NCBI GenBank assembly: GCA_015680685.1
Contig: MNCI01001967.1
Span: forward strand, 281,066 to 345,065
Length of the DNA stretch: 64,000 bases
Direction of reading: 5' to 3'
Source of the DNA: Gnetum montanum
Taxonomy: Eukaryota > Plantae > Gnetophyta
How positions within the stretch are numbered: position 1 is the stretch's first letter; every line of letters starts with the position of its first letter. Both the position numbers and the translations under genes were made by a program. Below, piece by piece: positions 13,275 through 27,149 of the stretch. The notes beneath the pieces were generated by a model that saw nothing but the letters and a program-made list of their open reading frames with translations, had not been told where the DNA came from and made no database searches.

Positions 13275-13885
13275 GCAATTTAGATACTTGGGGTCACTTG
13301 TTTAAATAGACTGTGAGATTAACAAGGCTGTGACAAATAAAATTGAAGCTAGATAAATAAAATGGCAAGAAGTTAGTGGTGTACTTTTACAACAGAAGAA
13401 TCTTTACTAGGTTGAAGGGAACGTTCTATAAAATTGTTATAGACTTGTGATCTTTCATGATATTGAATGTTGTTTTATCAAAAAGCATCAAGCTCAACGT
13501 GTGCACATGGCAGAGGTGTGAGTGTTAAGGTGAATTTTTGGTGTCACTAGGAAAGATGGAATCAACAACTCTGTTATCAGAGCAAGTTTAGGGGTATCAC
13601 CTATAGATGAGAAGATTAAGAAAAATCATGTCCAATTGTTTGGTCATGTGTTGAAAAGACCAGAAAGTGCTCTTGTTAGAAGAGGTTACTTTATTAAAGT
13701 TGAGAGGAAACAACAAAGATGCAGACAAAAACATACTTGGTTTGCAAGTATGAAAAAACATATCTAAGATTTGGGTAGTACTGCTAACTTGGCTCTTAAT
13801 AATAGTGAATGGCAGAAAAGAATTCTTATAACCAACCCCATGTAGTTGGAATAAGTTTAGGTTGGTGATGATGCTGATGATGTTG
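13275..13885 (+). mobile_element. RTE-clade LINE 3' fragment
   Basis: FRYLGSL..DCEINKAVTNKIEARx.KWQEVSGVL and FGHVLKRPE; tail CCAACCCCATGTAGTTGGAATAAG..(GAT)n. Confidence 0.8.
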
Positions 13886-14496
13886 ATTTTTTTATGTTAT
13901 TTGAAAGGATAGATGAAAAGAGTCCTTGTAGCAATTGCCAAATGTTTTTTTAGTTTGCAAGTAATCGAATATTTCATTCAGGTATATAGGGAACACACAA
14001 AGGAAGTAGTCACAAGCAGTTATTTCTTTTAAAGCTATAAAGAACTTTGTAGATCGTTCTGAAGCTGTGTAGAGAGAATATAGCATTTGTATTTAGGCAG
14101 TTTTGGGATGCTTTAGAACAGATACTGAAGCTTCTCTGCATCACAGACAGTACTGCTAATTAATAGTTAGTACTTATGAAATAAAGAAAACGCTGGAAAA
14201 CAAGCAGTAACGCAATTGAAATAGTTGAAAGCTACAATCTGCCATAATAAATATTTTTTTCTTTCATGTTCCATAAATCTGTAACATGCATTCATGAATT
14301 TTTATTGCATCCATGCTTCGGTTTCCATGAAGTCCTAATATGATTTAACTTGCCAAAATGATACTGTTAATTATGGTTCAATAATTTGTCAAGGATTTCA
14401 GGTTATTAGGAAAGTCAACTTGTAACATTAACTGTTTAAAGATGTACAACCGTTTGTGATGTACATGATAATTAATTATAGTTAGTAAAGATAATT

Positions 14497-14656
14497 GGAG
14501 GGGTGTTGGAACCCGCAATAATTACAATATAGGTACAACCCAAGATATATAGTCCACATAGAACTTTATAACTCAGGATTGCCCACCAGAATTGAACCCA
14601 TGACATAGAGTTTCTAAATCAAGAGTCTTACCACTAGGTTAACACCTTATTTAATA
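14497..14656 (-). mobile_element. tRNA-derived SINE (160 bp), no poly(A), 3' end GCGGGTTCCAACACCCCTCC
   Basis: 13-bp TSD AGTAAAGATAATT (14484-14496 / 14657-14669). Pol III A box TAACCTAGTGG (14641-14631) and B box GGGTTCAATTC (14599-14589). Homologous copy at 41427-41559. Confidence 0.85.
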
Positions 14657-14733
14657 AGTAAAGATAATTAATATGGTATCAGATAGATAAATGGCCATGG
14701 TAAGCATCATTAAAGAGTTCACTTACTATAGTG

Positions 14734-15232
14734 AGTTGGCCTATGTTGATGGAATAAAGGTACTAAGAAGATGAGTAAAGATAATGAATAGAAATGATTT
14801 GTGATGAAAGGGTGCAACCTTGTGCAAGATAATATAAAAGAGGAACATTTTCAATTTCATGAATATTGTGATATACCTCTTACCATAGTTCTATGTATAC
14901 CCTATTATAGTGTTTGATTTGCTGCCTACCCTTTCATTTGTTGTATCATTGCTTTATTTGCAATTTTTCATGAATATTGTTATATACCATAGCAAGTTGG
15001 CCCATGTTGATGGGATAAAGGCACTTAGATGATGAGTAAAGATAATGAATAGAAATAATTTGTGACAAAATGGTGCAACCTTGTGCAAGACGATATAAAA
15101 GAGGAACATTTTCAATTTCATGAATATTGTTGTATACCCATTACCATAGTTCTATGTATACCCTGTTATAGTGTTTAATTTGCTGCCTACCGTTTCATTT
15201 GTTGCATCATTGATTTATTTGCAATTTTTCAT
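14734..15232 (+). repeat. Tandem duplication, ~261-bp period
   Basis: Units start AGTTGGCC at 14734 and 14995. The junction contains a short filler copied from inside the unit. Confidence 0.9.
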
Positions 15233-17191
15233 ATCTACTTTAAATGTTTTTTCCTATGTTTTTTTTACTCTTCTTCTTAGCAGGTTTTTGAAAACTGTGA
15301 TGGGGCAATCTTTATTGAGAGGTTTATTATCTGATTATCATTGAACATGAACAAACCATCTAAGACACCATTTCTACAACTTATCTGTAATAGAAGTCAC
15401 ACCTTGTTTTTCTTTAATATCTTTTTTGTAATGTTTGCCTCACCTTGCAACATTTAGCATCCATCCAAGCACTTGCCCAATTTAAAATCCTAGAAAATCC
15501 ACTTGATTTGAAATTCAACTACCACTCATAGTACTTATGGTGTGTTTTCATTGTTCTTCTTCTGTTGCAATGCATTTGCATCATTAGGCAGTTGGATATG
15601 CTAGCTATACTTGCCCCATCTCCTGTGAATCAAATGAGTTTAGCTACATGGATATCTCCTTACGTCTGCTGATATTTAGTACCTTAGTTTTTCAAATTTT
15701 ATTGTCACATTGCTAGGTTGTTTCTTTATTTCTTGTATTTTACTTTCCCATTCATCTACCCTTAACTCTAACACTTAAGATAGATAACTGAACATTAAAA
15801 ATAATCATGATAATAATCCTTAGCAAGCTGAGAAAATTCATCTTCCACCAATTAGCTCATTTACTATAATAATATTTGCTAAGAAAAATTCAACATTCTT
15901 ATTTTTTATCACAAGCAATAAGTATATTAATCCTTCTATCCTATCATCTTCAAATACATTGTAAAGAACATGAAAGCAAGTGGTAGATGTAATATGAAAT
16001 GACAAATACTTTTCCCCTGCTACGAATTATGGAATGAAAACAATGAAATGGATTAGCTAGTGTGGAAGCTTTGGGTCACCTAGGCCTTGCAAAAGGAATA
16101 CATATCAAAAGGTTCTTCAAACAATTTACTCAATAAATCTCTAGCAAGTTTAGAGGCCATAGCAATCTCAGAGCTTTTTTTCAACACTAAAGTTATAAAA
16201 GAGCTATTCTTTTCCTTGTCAGTACATACTTATACATCATAAGAAAGAAGAAGTCCAATTGTTACATCCCTTTCATAGACATTGGGTATTGCATTACGAT
16301 TTTGATTTATATTGGGTGTAGTCTAGATGGGTTATTGGGGACAAGTTAGTTTGTTATGTTTGTGCTTTATATGTTATGATGCTTTGGCTCTTATGATATG
16401 TTATGATGTCATTACATGCGTAACTAATATGATCATATATATTAGTCATATGTGATGTATTAAACAGGTGATGTGGTTGGTGAGGATGTTGGATTGGGGT
16501 AAGAGCAACTATTTGGTATGTATTTATGTTTTATGTGTAATTTCAGTATTTACACATTTGAACTATAGCACTATGTTGTGTAACACTTGAATGTGATTTT
16601 AGCATGTAGATGTGTAGTGTGTTTAATATGGATCTCATAGGTTCAGATGGATTTTAATTTGGAGTCATGGTATATTTGTTATGCATGTTTGAAATGTAGA
16701 GTATTAGTTAAGGAGGAACTAAAAGAAATGAACTTTTAAAATGTTTAGTTTAAAAAAATAATAATAAATAAAAGTAAGCTTGGTTTGGTAAATGCATGTG
16801 ACGTGCGAGACGAAAAGTAAATGTACTTTTTATAAACTGCATATGCTTCCCACTTTGTTGATAAACTATCATGTATTCTTTTTTTTAACCATTGCCACCC
16901 ATAGAATTTGGGTTTCTATTTTTTTTTTTGTTTTCGTACAACGGAAACCAAGTTTAAGTTTGTTCTTCCCTATTTCTTCTGTCTTCTTTCATTTTCAACT
17001 CTTTTTTTTGTAAATTCTGAACTTTGTAGATGGATTTTTCTTTACTCTGAGTTTGGATTTGGGATTGTTGCGGTCACATCAATATGGGTGCAAAATTAGT
17101 TTGGAGTGAAATAGAGTTTTGTCAGATTTTTGAGGATTTTATGCTTGTTTTAGACTTTTTGCTTTAACAATTTTAATTGATGGGTTGCATT

Positions 17192-20100
17192 TGTTAAACT
17201 TTATGGATCGTCAAAAAATAGCGTAGTAGAATCTTAAAAGCTTTGTAAACACAAAATACAATTGAATAACCTTGACAGCTTGAACTATTCTCTGAGTGAG
17301 CTTTATTGAAGATCTTCTTGCCTATGCTTGTTGCTGCAATTGAATTGGATCATATTTTCATCTGATTCGATTGCCTTGATGGTAGGCAAATCACATTTTA
17401 TAGGCTAGGCAAGGGACCCCAACAACCTTAAATGGAATGGCATTAGTGCTTTCCTGCATCATGAAAGCATTAATGCTCCATAACTAGAGCAGTGTTAAAC
17501 TACTGTAACCAAAACCATAACTGTTACGAGATAATGGATCTTTAATTAACCAATACCTATGAAAATGAGCCATTTATTCTTACATTCTCCCACTTGGCCC
17601 ACTTGATCAGCATTGTATATTTACAACTATATCATGGCCATGCTTTGACTCTAGCTATAACTCTAATTCAAATAAACAGTCTCAATACATGAATCATGGT
17701 GGTCATATCCACAAGTTTGAATATTTCCTTCCATGTATTACAATGTATGATACTCCTTAAGTGAATACTTTATGAGCTATTTCTTTACCAATGATGTTTG
17801 TTAAATCAGTTTGGGTCCTACTTTAGTTATTCCAATGGATATGGCATAAACTTTATGTGCACTTCAAATATGTCATTTATTATCCAAAACTCCTTTAGTG
17901 GTGTATAGATAAGAGTAAGAAGCAAACTATATATCGCTTAAACAAGTTCCATATAATCCACATGATTTATATGTTATTTTGTTGGTAATGCATTAATCAT
18001 GAGATCAAAATAATTAGCTTAGTATTAATATGTTGTATATCAGCCTCATGCTTTTTTATTTCTATCTTTAATAGCAAAGTACTTTATATCAATATATTTG
18101 CTATACTTCCACTTTCACCACTCTTATCATAAGATAAAATTGTAGCTAAGTTACCATAATAATTCTTTATTGGCCTTGTTATAGATCCAATAACTTTTAG
18201 ACCAAAGATAACATTTCTTAACCATTATGCTTGTGAAATAACTTTATCACATGTTTTAAATTCTTTCTTTAAGGAATTCCATGGGCATTGCTTTACAAGG
18301 ATCTTTATCCCTTTTCAAGAGACCAAGCTATCCTTTGTCTTAAACTTTTTAAGAAAGGAATAAGCCCAAGTCACTGCTTGTAAGTATAAGGTCACTTGTG
18401 TATAAGATCAAGAAAGTAATTTACTCCCACTATTCTTAAGGTACCATAACATTGTGAAACTTTATATACCATTGTTGGGAGACTTGCTTTATTTATCTAA
18501 CTTGCAAGTCAAGTGACTATCTTGATAGAAATCCTTAAGAAAATATCATTTTTCACATCTATTTGAGGAAGCTCCAATTCAAAATGAGTCACCAAAGCCA
18601 TGATTATTCTAAATAAAACCCTCTATAATGCTTTAGAGAAGGTTTCATGGTATTCGATGCCCTCCTCTAGCTCTATATCATTTGATATTTTCAAAAGATT
18701 GCTTTTGGTCTTATAGACCCATTGTTGATGATTTATTTGGGAATTCAAAGAGATTCTAAACTTTGATTTGGTTTTTTTTAGCTATAAGACTTTGATTTCT
18801 TTATGGCATCATACCAAAGTGTGAAATTTCCTCCACTCATGGTGTGTGAAAATGAAAAGGGGTCATCTTTGGGAGATAACCAATTTCTCTTTATCTTTTA
18901 GAGATTCATTAGATTCCTTTATTTCCTCAACTATAACCTTCAAGGAAATTCTCTCCCCTTAAATTTTAAGATCCTTAAACAATTTAGCTTTTCCATGTAA
19001 ATTCAAACCTTCATATGGGTAGAGGTTGCATCACGCATGAATTTGCATGTCAAATTCATTAATAAGACTAATAAATCTAAAATAAATAATCCATACCTAT
19101 GGGCATAGGAACATTTAATTAAGATTCACTATCTTATACCAATTAGGTCATAAGAATAACCACCTCCCTATGGGGCCAAGCAATTAACTTATGAAATAAT
19201 TGCAATTCTTCAAATAACACCATTATCTTAAAACATCATTATGACTTAAGGTGTTGTGGCTACCCCAAAGCCATGTTGAAGTCTTTCTTAATATGGCATC
19301 AAGAATATCATAAATAATCTTTACAATTGATAAATTTATCCAATAATCTCAGTAGCAATTCATCATATATGCATGATAACATATAAAAATATTCATGCCT
19401 TATGCTACTAGCATGGAATGCATAAGAATATAATCTATATGTTCAAAATAATCCTTAAGCTACATTTTGCTAAAACCTTATTTATCATGCAACTATAGCA
19501 CTACAAGGTTGCTTCTAAAGCATGTAAATGTAACTAACTGATGTACAAAAAAATATTCATGCTTTATATTCAATTAAAAATATGCTTTATATGAGTAATA
19601 AATTTATGCATTAACCCTTTTAAGTTATTATACCAAAGAAAATGTGAATATGACTTAAGATGTTGTGACTACCCTTAAGTCACACCACATATTTCCAAAT
19701 CAAATAATATAATACATAAAATAATATCAACTTATCTTTGTTCGTCACCTCTCAAATGTTAATTCTCACTAATAGTTTTTGCCCGAAATCTAACATCATT
19801 GGTAGCAATAGCTTGTCCGTTCTTCTCTATTTTCATGATGATGCTTTCTATATCAGCTTGCTGGTGTCCATGGTCTACTACTACTTCCTCACTGTTGGGT
19901 GCTAGGTGTAAAAGAACTTCATGTCAGTGGAGTACTGCCAGGTGCCAAAAAATTGCCTTTTGTGGGCCTACGACACTTGCTTTATCCCCTTGTGTTGGTT
20001 GTTCATTGATGGCTCTGACAACAAGTGGCTCTCTAGCACCGACAACATCAGCCGCTTGTTCCTGGATGTTTTACTGGCCATTTTGCTTTTTGCTAATGTT

Positions 20101-20539
20101 GTTACATGGTTTTGTGGACATCGTAGATTCTGCTTGTGCACAAACTTGGCTCTGGTACCATTGTTAGACTTTATGAATTGTAAAAAAATAGCGCAATGGA
20201 ATCTTAAAAGCTTTGCAAACACAAAATATAGTTGAATAGCCTTGACAGCTTGAACTATGCTTCGAGTGAGCTTTATTGAAGATCTTCTTGCCTATGTTTA
20301 TTGTTGCAACTGAATTGGATCTTATTTTCATCTGATTTGATTATGTTGATGGTAGGCAAATCACATTTTATACGCTAGGCAAGGGACCCCAACAACCTTG
20401 AATGGAGTGGTGTTAGTGCTTCCCTCCATCATGGAAGCATTAATGCTCCATAACTATTGTAGTTGAAACTATAACTATTACGAGATAACAGATCTTTAAT
20501 TGACCAATACCTATGAAAAGTGGACCATTTATTCTGACA
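17192..20539 (-). mobile_element. Degenerate, internally deleted Ty1/copia element (~3.35 kb)
   Basis: LTR pair 17192-17584 and 20162-20539 (TG..CA). PBS TGGTACCAGAGCC (tRNA-iMet) on minus at 20148-20160. PPT CCAAGTGGGAGAA on minus at 17585-17597. TSD GCATT/ACATT. RNase H remnant KYIDIKYFAIKD near 18070-18100. Confidence 0.85.
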
Positions 20540-21205
20540 ACATTTACCTTTTTCTTGTATTTTTATAGTAGATTAGTGTATATGATTATGCAATGTCGGC
20601 ATGTGAGGTGGATAATTTAAAGATTGAATTTGGAGAAATTGTTTTGCAAATTACCAGAAAATATTTTTTTTTTTGCAGATTATATATAAATAGATATGTG
20701 ATGAATTAAATGATATGGACTTCTAGAATATTAGATGTGATGTTGATGGGACTAGCATGGCCTTGATATTATATTTTATGGGTATTTTTTTGTACGAGTG
20801 TTGCTAGGAGTTTTGATTATCATTGACTATAATTACATATTATTATTTATTATTTTATTGATTAAATTTTAATTGCACATAAAAATTTGTGTCTAGGAGT
20901 CTGATTGAGGTGAATTTGATGTCATTGGAATTGTCTTTTGATGTACTTTTTAATCATGGAATTTGTTTTCTCTTTAAGCATCTAGCATTTTGGAGGTTAC
21001 AATAGTGGTCGTTTTTATGAAATTATATGTAGTTCAAGAAGTATGTTTATGGTGCAAAATTTTGTTATGCCATGCTATGGTATGGTCTTCACAGAGTGAG
21101 TGTGGTTGTTAGGTGTGGATATATGTAGTTATGTTAAGTTTGCTTCAAATGTGTTGTGCTTGTGACATGTGATGCCTGGATTGGTACGTCTTCACAACGA
21201 TACTT

Positions 21206-21317
21206 GTAGTGGTCATTGGTAGGTGGTGCTAGCATAAAGGTGTGGACCAGTTGGTGATGAGGTAGCGGTCGTTGGTAGGTGGTGCTAACATAAAGGTGTG
21301 GACTAGTTGGTGATGGG
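21206..21317 (+). repeat. 2 x 56-bp tandem repeat
   Basis: GTAGYGGTCRTTGGTAGGTGGTGCTARCATAAAGGTGTGGACYAGTTGGTGATG twice. Confidence 0.9.
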
Positions 21318-23195
21318 GCACCCTAGAGATAGTTATGGATTGACTCCCACTGTGATGCATTAGTGAGGTCTTGTCTCAAGCCTCATTCTGAGAGAAGGAG
21401 AGCGTAGGTGTACTCATCTTTACAGTTGGTATGTGGCATAGGTGTATATATCCTTATAGCCAGTTTTTCAGAAGGCTAGTGGTTGCGGGTCATAGGTTGA
21501 CAAACTCTTGCATTAGTCAAGTAAATAAAAGATTAATAAAAGGCTTCCAGGCAAGTGATTGATTCTAAGTATTAATGACAATGTTTCACATGCTACACTG
21601 AGTGTGCATATGCTAATGACCACATGAGTTATATGTATATGTCGGTAAAGTGCCCACATGGGTTATGTGTATATATTTGTATCACTTTGTGAGTCATGGT
21701 AATGGTAATATATCTTGTGATTGATCTACGATTATGTGGTCATTGTGATGCTTGATGGTATGATGTGGATATGACTACATGGGCATGATAGTGGAGATGC
21801 ATGTAGTGTGATGTAATGGATATATGATTGATTATGTTTGATAGTGATTATATCTACGACTATGTGCTAGCTATCTTTTCATTTTTGTAGGGATTATGTC
21901 AATGCTATGTGTGATATCGTATGTACATGTGTTGCTTAGAGCATGCGCAAGACTAACTTTTGATGAAGGTTGCTTTGTACCCCTTTTTTTTCCTCTAGTG
22001 TAGTACTTGTTGACCATCTAGTAGGGGAAATGTAAAGGCTTCCCACTTAGTTTTATACTGACTATATTTTGTTACAAGTGGAGGCTGTAGGGGTGCAGGA
22101 GAGCATTGAGAGAGCTAAGGAGAAGGATGTCTATGGGGATTGGTTGATGTTTATCTCTAGGCACAATTTTCTATAGACTGTTTATAGTTGCATGACCCTC
22201 ATTGTACTATTATGTATATGATGATGTTTAGGTTTTGTATTCTATGAGAGCAGTATAGATTTTTGGTTTATGTAGAGACATGCGATTTTATAAATTGAAA
22301 TGTATGCTTGGTCTTTGCTTTGGCATGGATTTTTGTCAAGTTTGACCTTTCATAATATTTATACATATTGAGTAGTTTATTCTTAATGTATTTTCATGCT
22401 CCATTAGTTCCCAGTTTGTCATACTTCTGTTGTGATTATTATTAGCAATCTTAAGCAATCACTTCGTCCTAGCTAGGAGTGGTAGAGTGGGGTGGTATAC
22501 CTTTACAATGTGATTGAATGAAGCTAGGCTGTATTTGTTTATCTTGTGTCTTCCTTTCTTCTCAAAATGTGATTTTTTGTCACATACATTGGAGTTTAGT
22601 AATGAGGCCTTGAGCTGGTATTTGGATTACCATTGAAATACCAATAACCTTGTAAAAGCCACTTTTGTAAGCTCTTTTTCTTAAATAGCGATGTGGACAA
22701 CCTCACATAGGTATATTTTTGTTTTTACAGAATAAATAATCTTTTTGACCTTAGTCCAATTTAAAAAATTCAGTGTTTCATTTTTCCTTGGTTCTAGCTT
22801 GCTCTTGTTTTTTTGAAGCTAATGGTAACTAATCCATGTAGCTAAAAGAAAACCAAAGTATATGTTTATCAAGTTAATAACAAATGAAAAGCAATAAAAT
22901 TACAAATGATCCATGCAAATGCTACTAGATTTATTCAAAAAATTATCTAAATGACAATGAATTATAATATGATGCCTTTTATAAATATCATATGTTCAGA
23001 TTATGCATTGTTAATACGTTATATATTATAATAAACTTGCTGTTTACATTATTTATGTTCAATTCATGCAATGTTCAATCAATGTGTTTTCACCCTAAAA
23101 TCATCTGAAAGTGTTAACATAAATACATGAATATTAATTAATGCTTCAAAGTAGTTTACTCATTTTTTTCTTTTGTTCATATTTTTAAAATGTAG

Positions 23196-24420
23196 ATAAC
23201 AAGTTTCTGGAAGTTTGCAAGGTATGTTGTTGTCAAAAGGCATCAAAGAGGTACTATTAGATTTGAAAATTTGAAATGGACTAAAAGTGGAAAAGAACTA
23301 TTTTCATGGACTCCTGTTGATTGCAAACTTGATTATCAAGAGTAAGTAAATCTTTATTTTGAGATAAACTTTTATTTGTAATGTAATACTTATTGCACAT
23401 TTAAACTTGATGGAAAGTTTTATATTAATTGTTGTCTTGATAAAGAGAGGTAACCTTCATGGTTTAATTTATATTCTAAAATTTTATAAGTTACTATAGT
23501 AATTAATTTTTAGAATATGTATTTGCTATTTCTATGTACATGTTGGTATGCATATGGTCCTAATGATAAGATTATTATAAATTGTAATAATAAGAATGTT
23601 GGAAGGTGAATCTCACAAATTGCACTTTGATGAATCAAGAGTATTGATTAATTATTCATGTCATGATCATACTCATGTAAATAGGTTGAAGACTTATTGT
23701 CATGAACATTTATGTACATTTGCAATTGGAAGTATGGTGTTCACATTTCTCTAAACTTAAAAGAGCTATTTAAATTCATTGTGTAATGCTAAAAATACAG
23801 TTGATGCATCTTATAATTTAAATATTGAGTCTAAAAGATTGCTCTTTGATCAACATAATATTTACCTTATTCCTGAGTGTGATATGACCTTATTTATAGG
23901 GATGTTGCAGCAATATGTTAAGTCTAAATGACATTATATTTTGAAAATATAGTAATTAAACATATTTTTGAAAACAAATTGCACTTTGATGAATCAAGAG
24001 TATTGATTAATTATTCATGCCATGATCATACTCATGTAAATAGGTTGAAGACTTATTGTCATGAACATTTATGTACATATGCAATTGGAAGTATGGTGTT
24101 CACATTTCTCTAAAGTTAAAAGAGTTATTTAAATTCATTGTGTAATGCTAAAATAACAATTGATGCATCTTATAATTTAAATATTGAGTCTAAAAGATTA
24201 CTCTTTGATCAACATAATATTCGCCTTATTCCTGAGTGTGATATGACCTTATTTATAGGGATGTTGTAGCAATATTTTAAGTCTAAATGACATTATATTT
24301 TGAAAACATAGTAATTAAGCATTAGGTGTCAAGTTGCATACGGAGGATTCTTTTAACTGCTTCTTATATAAGTTATTGCATCCTTAATAATGTAATTTTC
24401 ATGAAAGGTGTTTGAATGTC
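23196..24420 (+). pseudogene. Degenerate SWIM-family / Mutator-like transposase N-terminal remnant
   Basis: Ordered motifs IRFENLKWTKSGKELFSWTPVD..LDY, WYAYGPND, VLINY..HTHVN....CH..AIGS, RDV and KLHTEDS. These recall, from memory, the plant SWIM proteins of the At1g60560/At4g13970 type. Stops and frameshifts present. Confidence 0.5.
23615..24318 (+). repeat. Tandem duplication, 359-bp period
   Basis: Units start ACAAATTGCACTTTGATG at 23615 and 23974; near identical. Confidence 0.95.
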
Positions 24421-27149
24421 TATAATGAAAAGGTTTTTCTTTTATGTCTTGCCTATATATAAAAAATTTGTTAAAATAATCTTCCTCGTACCATATTTTT
24501 AATAGTTAATACATCATTACTAGGCTCTTGAAGTTCTAAAATCTTTTGCAATTGATTACAATATACTCCCTAACTAAGTTCATGTCATGCTCAAGCACAA
24601 GGAAATCTTACGATGTTCAAGGCATTATTTTAATATCAATATTTAATTCACAAGTTGCATCCCCCATCATTCCAATTTTATGAAGAAAAATTAAATAACT
24701 TTTTTGACTTTGAGAAAATTTTGATGTATTTAAAGTATATCCAATTGTAAATCACAAATGTCCATGACAATAAGAATTCGACTTATTTATATGATAATTA
24801 GATGAATACTTAATCAAAACCCATGACCTAACAAACCATATTTTGCATACTGTAAACTAACATTGATATCTTTGATGCGAGATTAACTGTTCAACAGTAT
24901 CGATTATGTATACACCAATATCTGCATGAAGAAATGTTAAATTATTCTGACGATTAATTCCTACAGTAACCAGGAAATTTTTAAAAACATAAATGAAAGA
25001 ATGAAACTTACTCTTCTCTCAAACCAATAGTTAATATGAATCCTTTTGTAGGTTTAAATGTGCATTAACTGCTATGTTGCAAATATAAGTTTGTCTCCTA
25101 TCTTTTCTCTTCCTTTTTAGAATCAATTATGCAGTTAGTTTTTTCTAGTTCAATTCAATTTTTATCCCTTTTGCTCTCTCTTTCTATTGTTTGTACCATT
25201 GTTTTCCCCACTTTCCCCCTAGTACTATTGCTGGCAGTTTATTTTTGTATATGCTTCTAGGTATTTCTTTTCTTTTCTTTTCTTTTTCATTAAAATTTGC
25301 TTATGCTGAGGTTTCAAGTTCAAGTTCTTTCGCCCTTTTTAAAGCTGAATTCTACCAAAGTCTTGGTTTTAATGCCTTTGCCCATCTTTTTAAAAGATAT
25401 ATAAAATATTTATCTAATTTATAACAACAATATCAATGTTAGCAAAATTCTTCATTAGGAACCAAAGCTATAGTGTGAAGGAAAAAGGATTCAACAAGAC
25501 TTAGATGATACAATCTAAAACATTAAAACCAAGAGAAAACACCTATTGTTGCATTACGTTATAAGTTCTGAATGGTTGTCACACAACCTTTCTATATCTA
25601 TAGATAAAGGTGTGTTATATTTAGAATTTTATTTCAATTATGGTTGTAAGTTAACACGATTTTTTTAATAGCAATATGGCAAAATAAAAAATCAACTATG
25701 ATATGCAATGCAATCCTGGCTTATAGGCCAGGTTTCTATAATGTCATTTCATGCCACTACCTAACCAAATAAGCAAATCATACCTGTTCTTATTTTTTCT
25801 ATGCTCAAGTTGAACTCTTCACTCTAGCCTAAAAGGTTAGTTAACAAATAATAATTCATATAGGCTCTTTATATAACATTCTTATGTTAACCACATATAA
25901 ATATCTCTATATTCATGCAAGATTCCAGGTATAGAAAAATGCATTTGCATGCAATTCAAAGTAAGGCATAGAAGAAACCTTTGAGTTCCTCAAGCCAAAA
26001 GCCCTCATATAATCAAACACAATATTTAATAAGATATCAATAGAGAAGTGCACACACATGCGACTAGAGCTTACATATACAAGGAACACACAATTAGAAC
26101 TCACATAGAAACACTAACTCCAAAAAAGGGGGTAATTTCCCTTTCCCTCAACTTTAACCAAAGTTGAAATCTACATAATCTAGTCGAAGGCAGACATGGC
26201 CAACCAACCCATCTTAGATGGCTTTCTTTCACTTTAGCACATGTTGTTACTGCCTTCAAAATTCCTTAAATGAAAGAATGTCTGCATCTATTCTGTCCTG
26301 TAACATTCAACGTCTCTATCAACATTGGAATGTTTGCAATGTTAACATGGTGGCCTTGTTGGCACACTAACATCCCACTCTTTCTTTTAGAGGGAATGAG
26401 TTCTTTACATGTGCCCACTGGCATAATGTCTGTGAGGAGAATAAACCAAGGAATGTGATCTTTTATTTATTTGGTTAGAGCATCCTCAATAATGATTAAA
26501 CAGTATAGGCTTCGTGAAAGTTGAAGTATTATTATGACAAAGTCAAAAGTTTCTTTATACACAGTCAACTCTTGTTATAGCTCTATCTTACATGTCTCGT
26601 ACAAAACCTGGATATATTTCATTTATAAGTCTTGCCAAATAATATCCCTATGAATCACATTCCTTCTTTAGGTTCATTTTCTTACTGTAATTGTAACTCT
26701 GTGCTAAATCCTCGGAAAGTTTTGTCAAGTTTATTGTTGGAATTTATGGTTGGATCTTTAAGGGATGCATGCTGTTGAACGATTGTAAACTTTTCAAAAG
26801 CGTGTAAACAGAATCTGGTTTTGTGTTTAAAGCTGTGTTATTTGCTGTTCGAAACTCAACTTTGGGCCTCTTTGGCAATTAGAATATGGGGATGCTTTCT
26901 ATCTATAATTGGTTAGCCTAGAAGGAGCTGATCCCTTAACTTCCAAGTCCCAGGTGTAATGGCAGAAAAGTTCTGAGCAAGGTTTTGCACTTAATTCCAA
27001 ATTCATGTGAAATGCTGTTGCCTTGAATGATCATTCAAAGACTTCATAGCCACATAGATTGTTAGAACATAGATTTAGGGATACAATGTCACCAAAATGC
27101 AAAAGTGTAGCAAAATCCTAAGCATATTTATCAATTAGTCAATCCTAAG

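Larger units (their letters stand above)
16260..22500 (+). mobile_element. Possible large Ty3/gypsy (Tekay-like) solo LTR interrupted by the copia element
   Basis: Starts TGTTACATCCC, GT-rich body with a 56-bp tandem repeat, ends near GGGGTGGTATAC. No TSD found. Confidence 0.3.

Noticed and set aside
14580-14646. tRNA gene
   Set aside because: A/B boxes present but no cloverleaf; TSD and a second copy show it is a SINE head.
19799-20235. Three overlapping 84-122 aa ORFs
   Set aside because: They lie in the copia leader next to the PBS/LTR; no recognisable domain.
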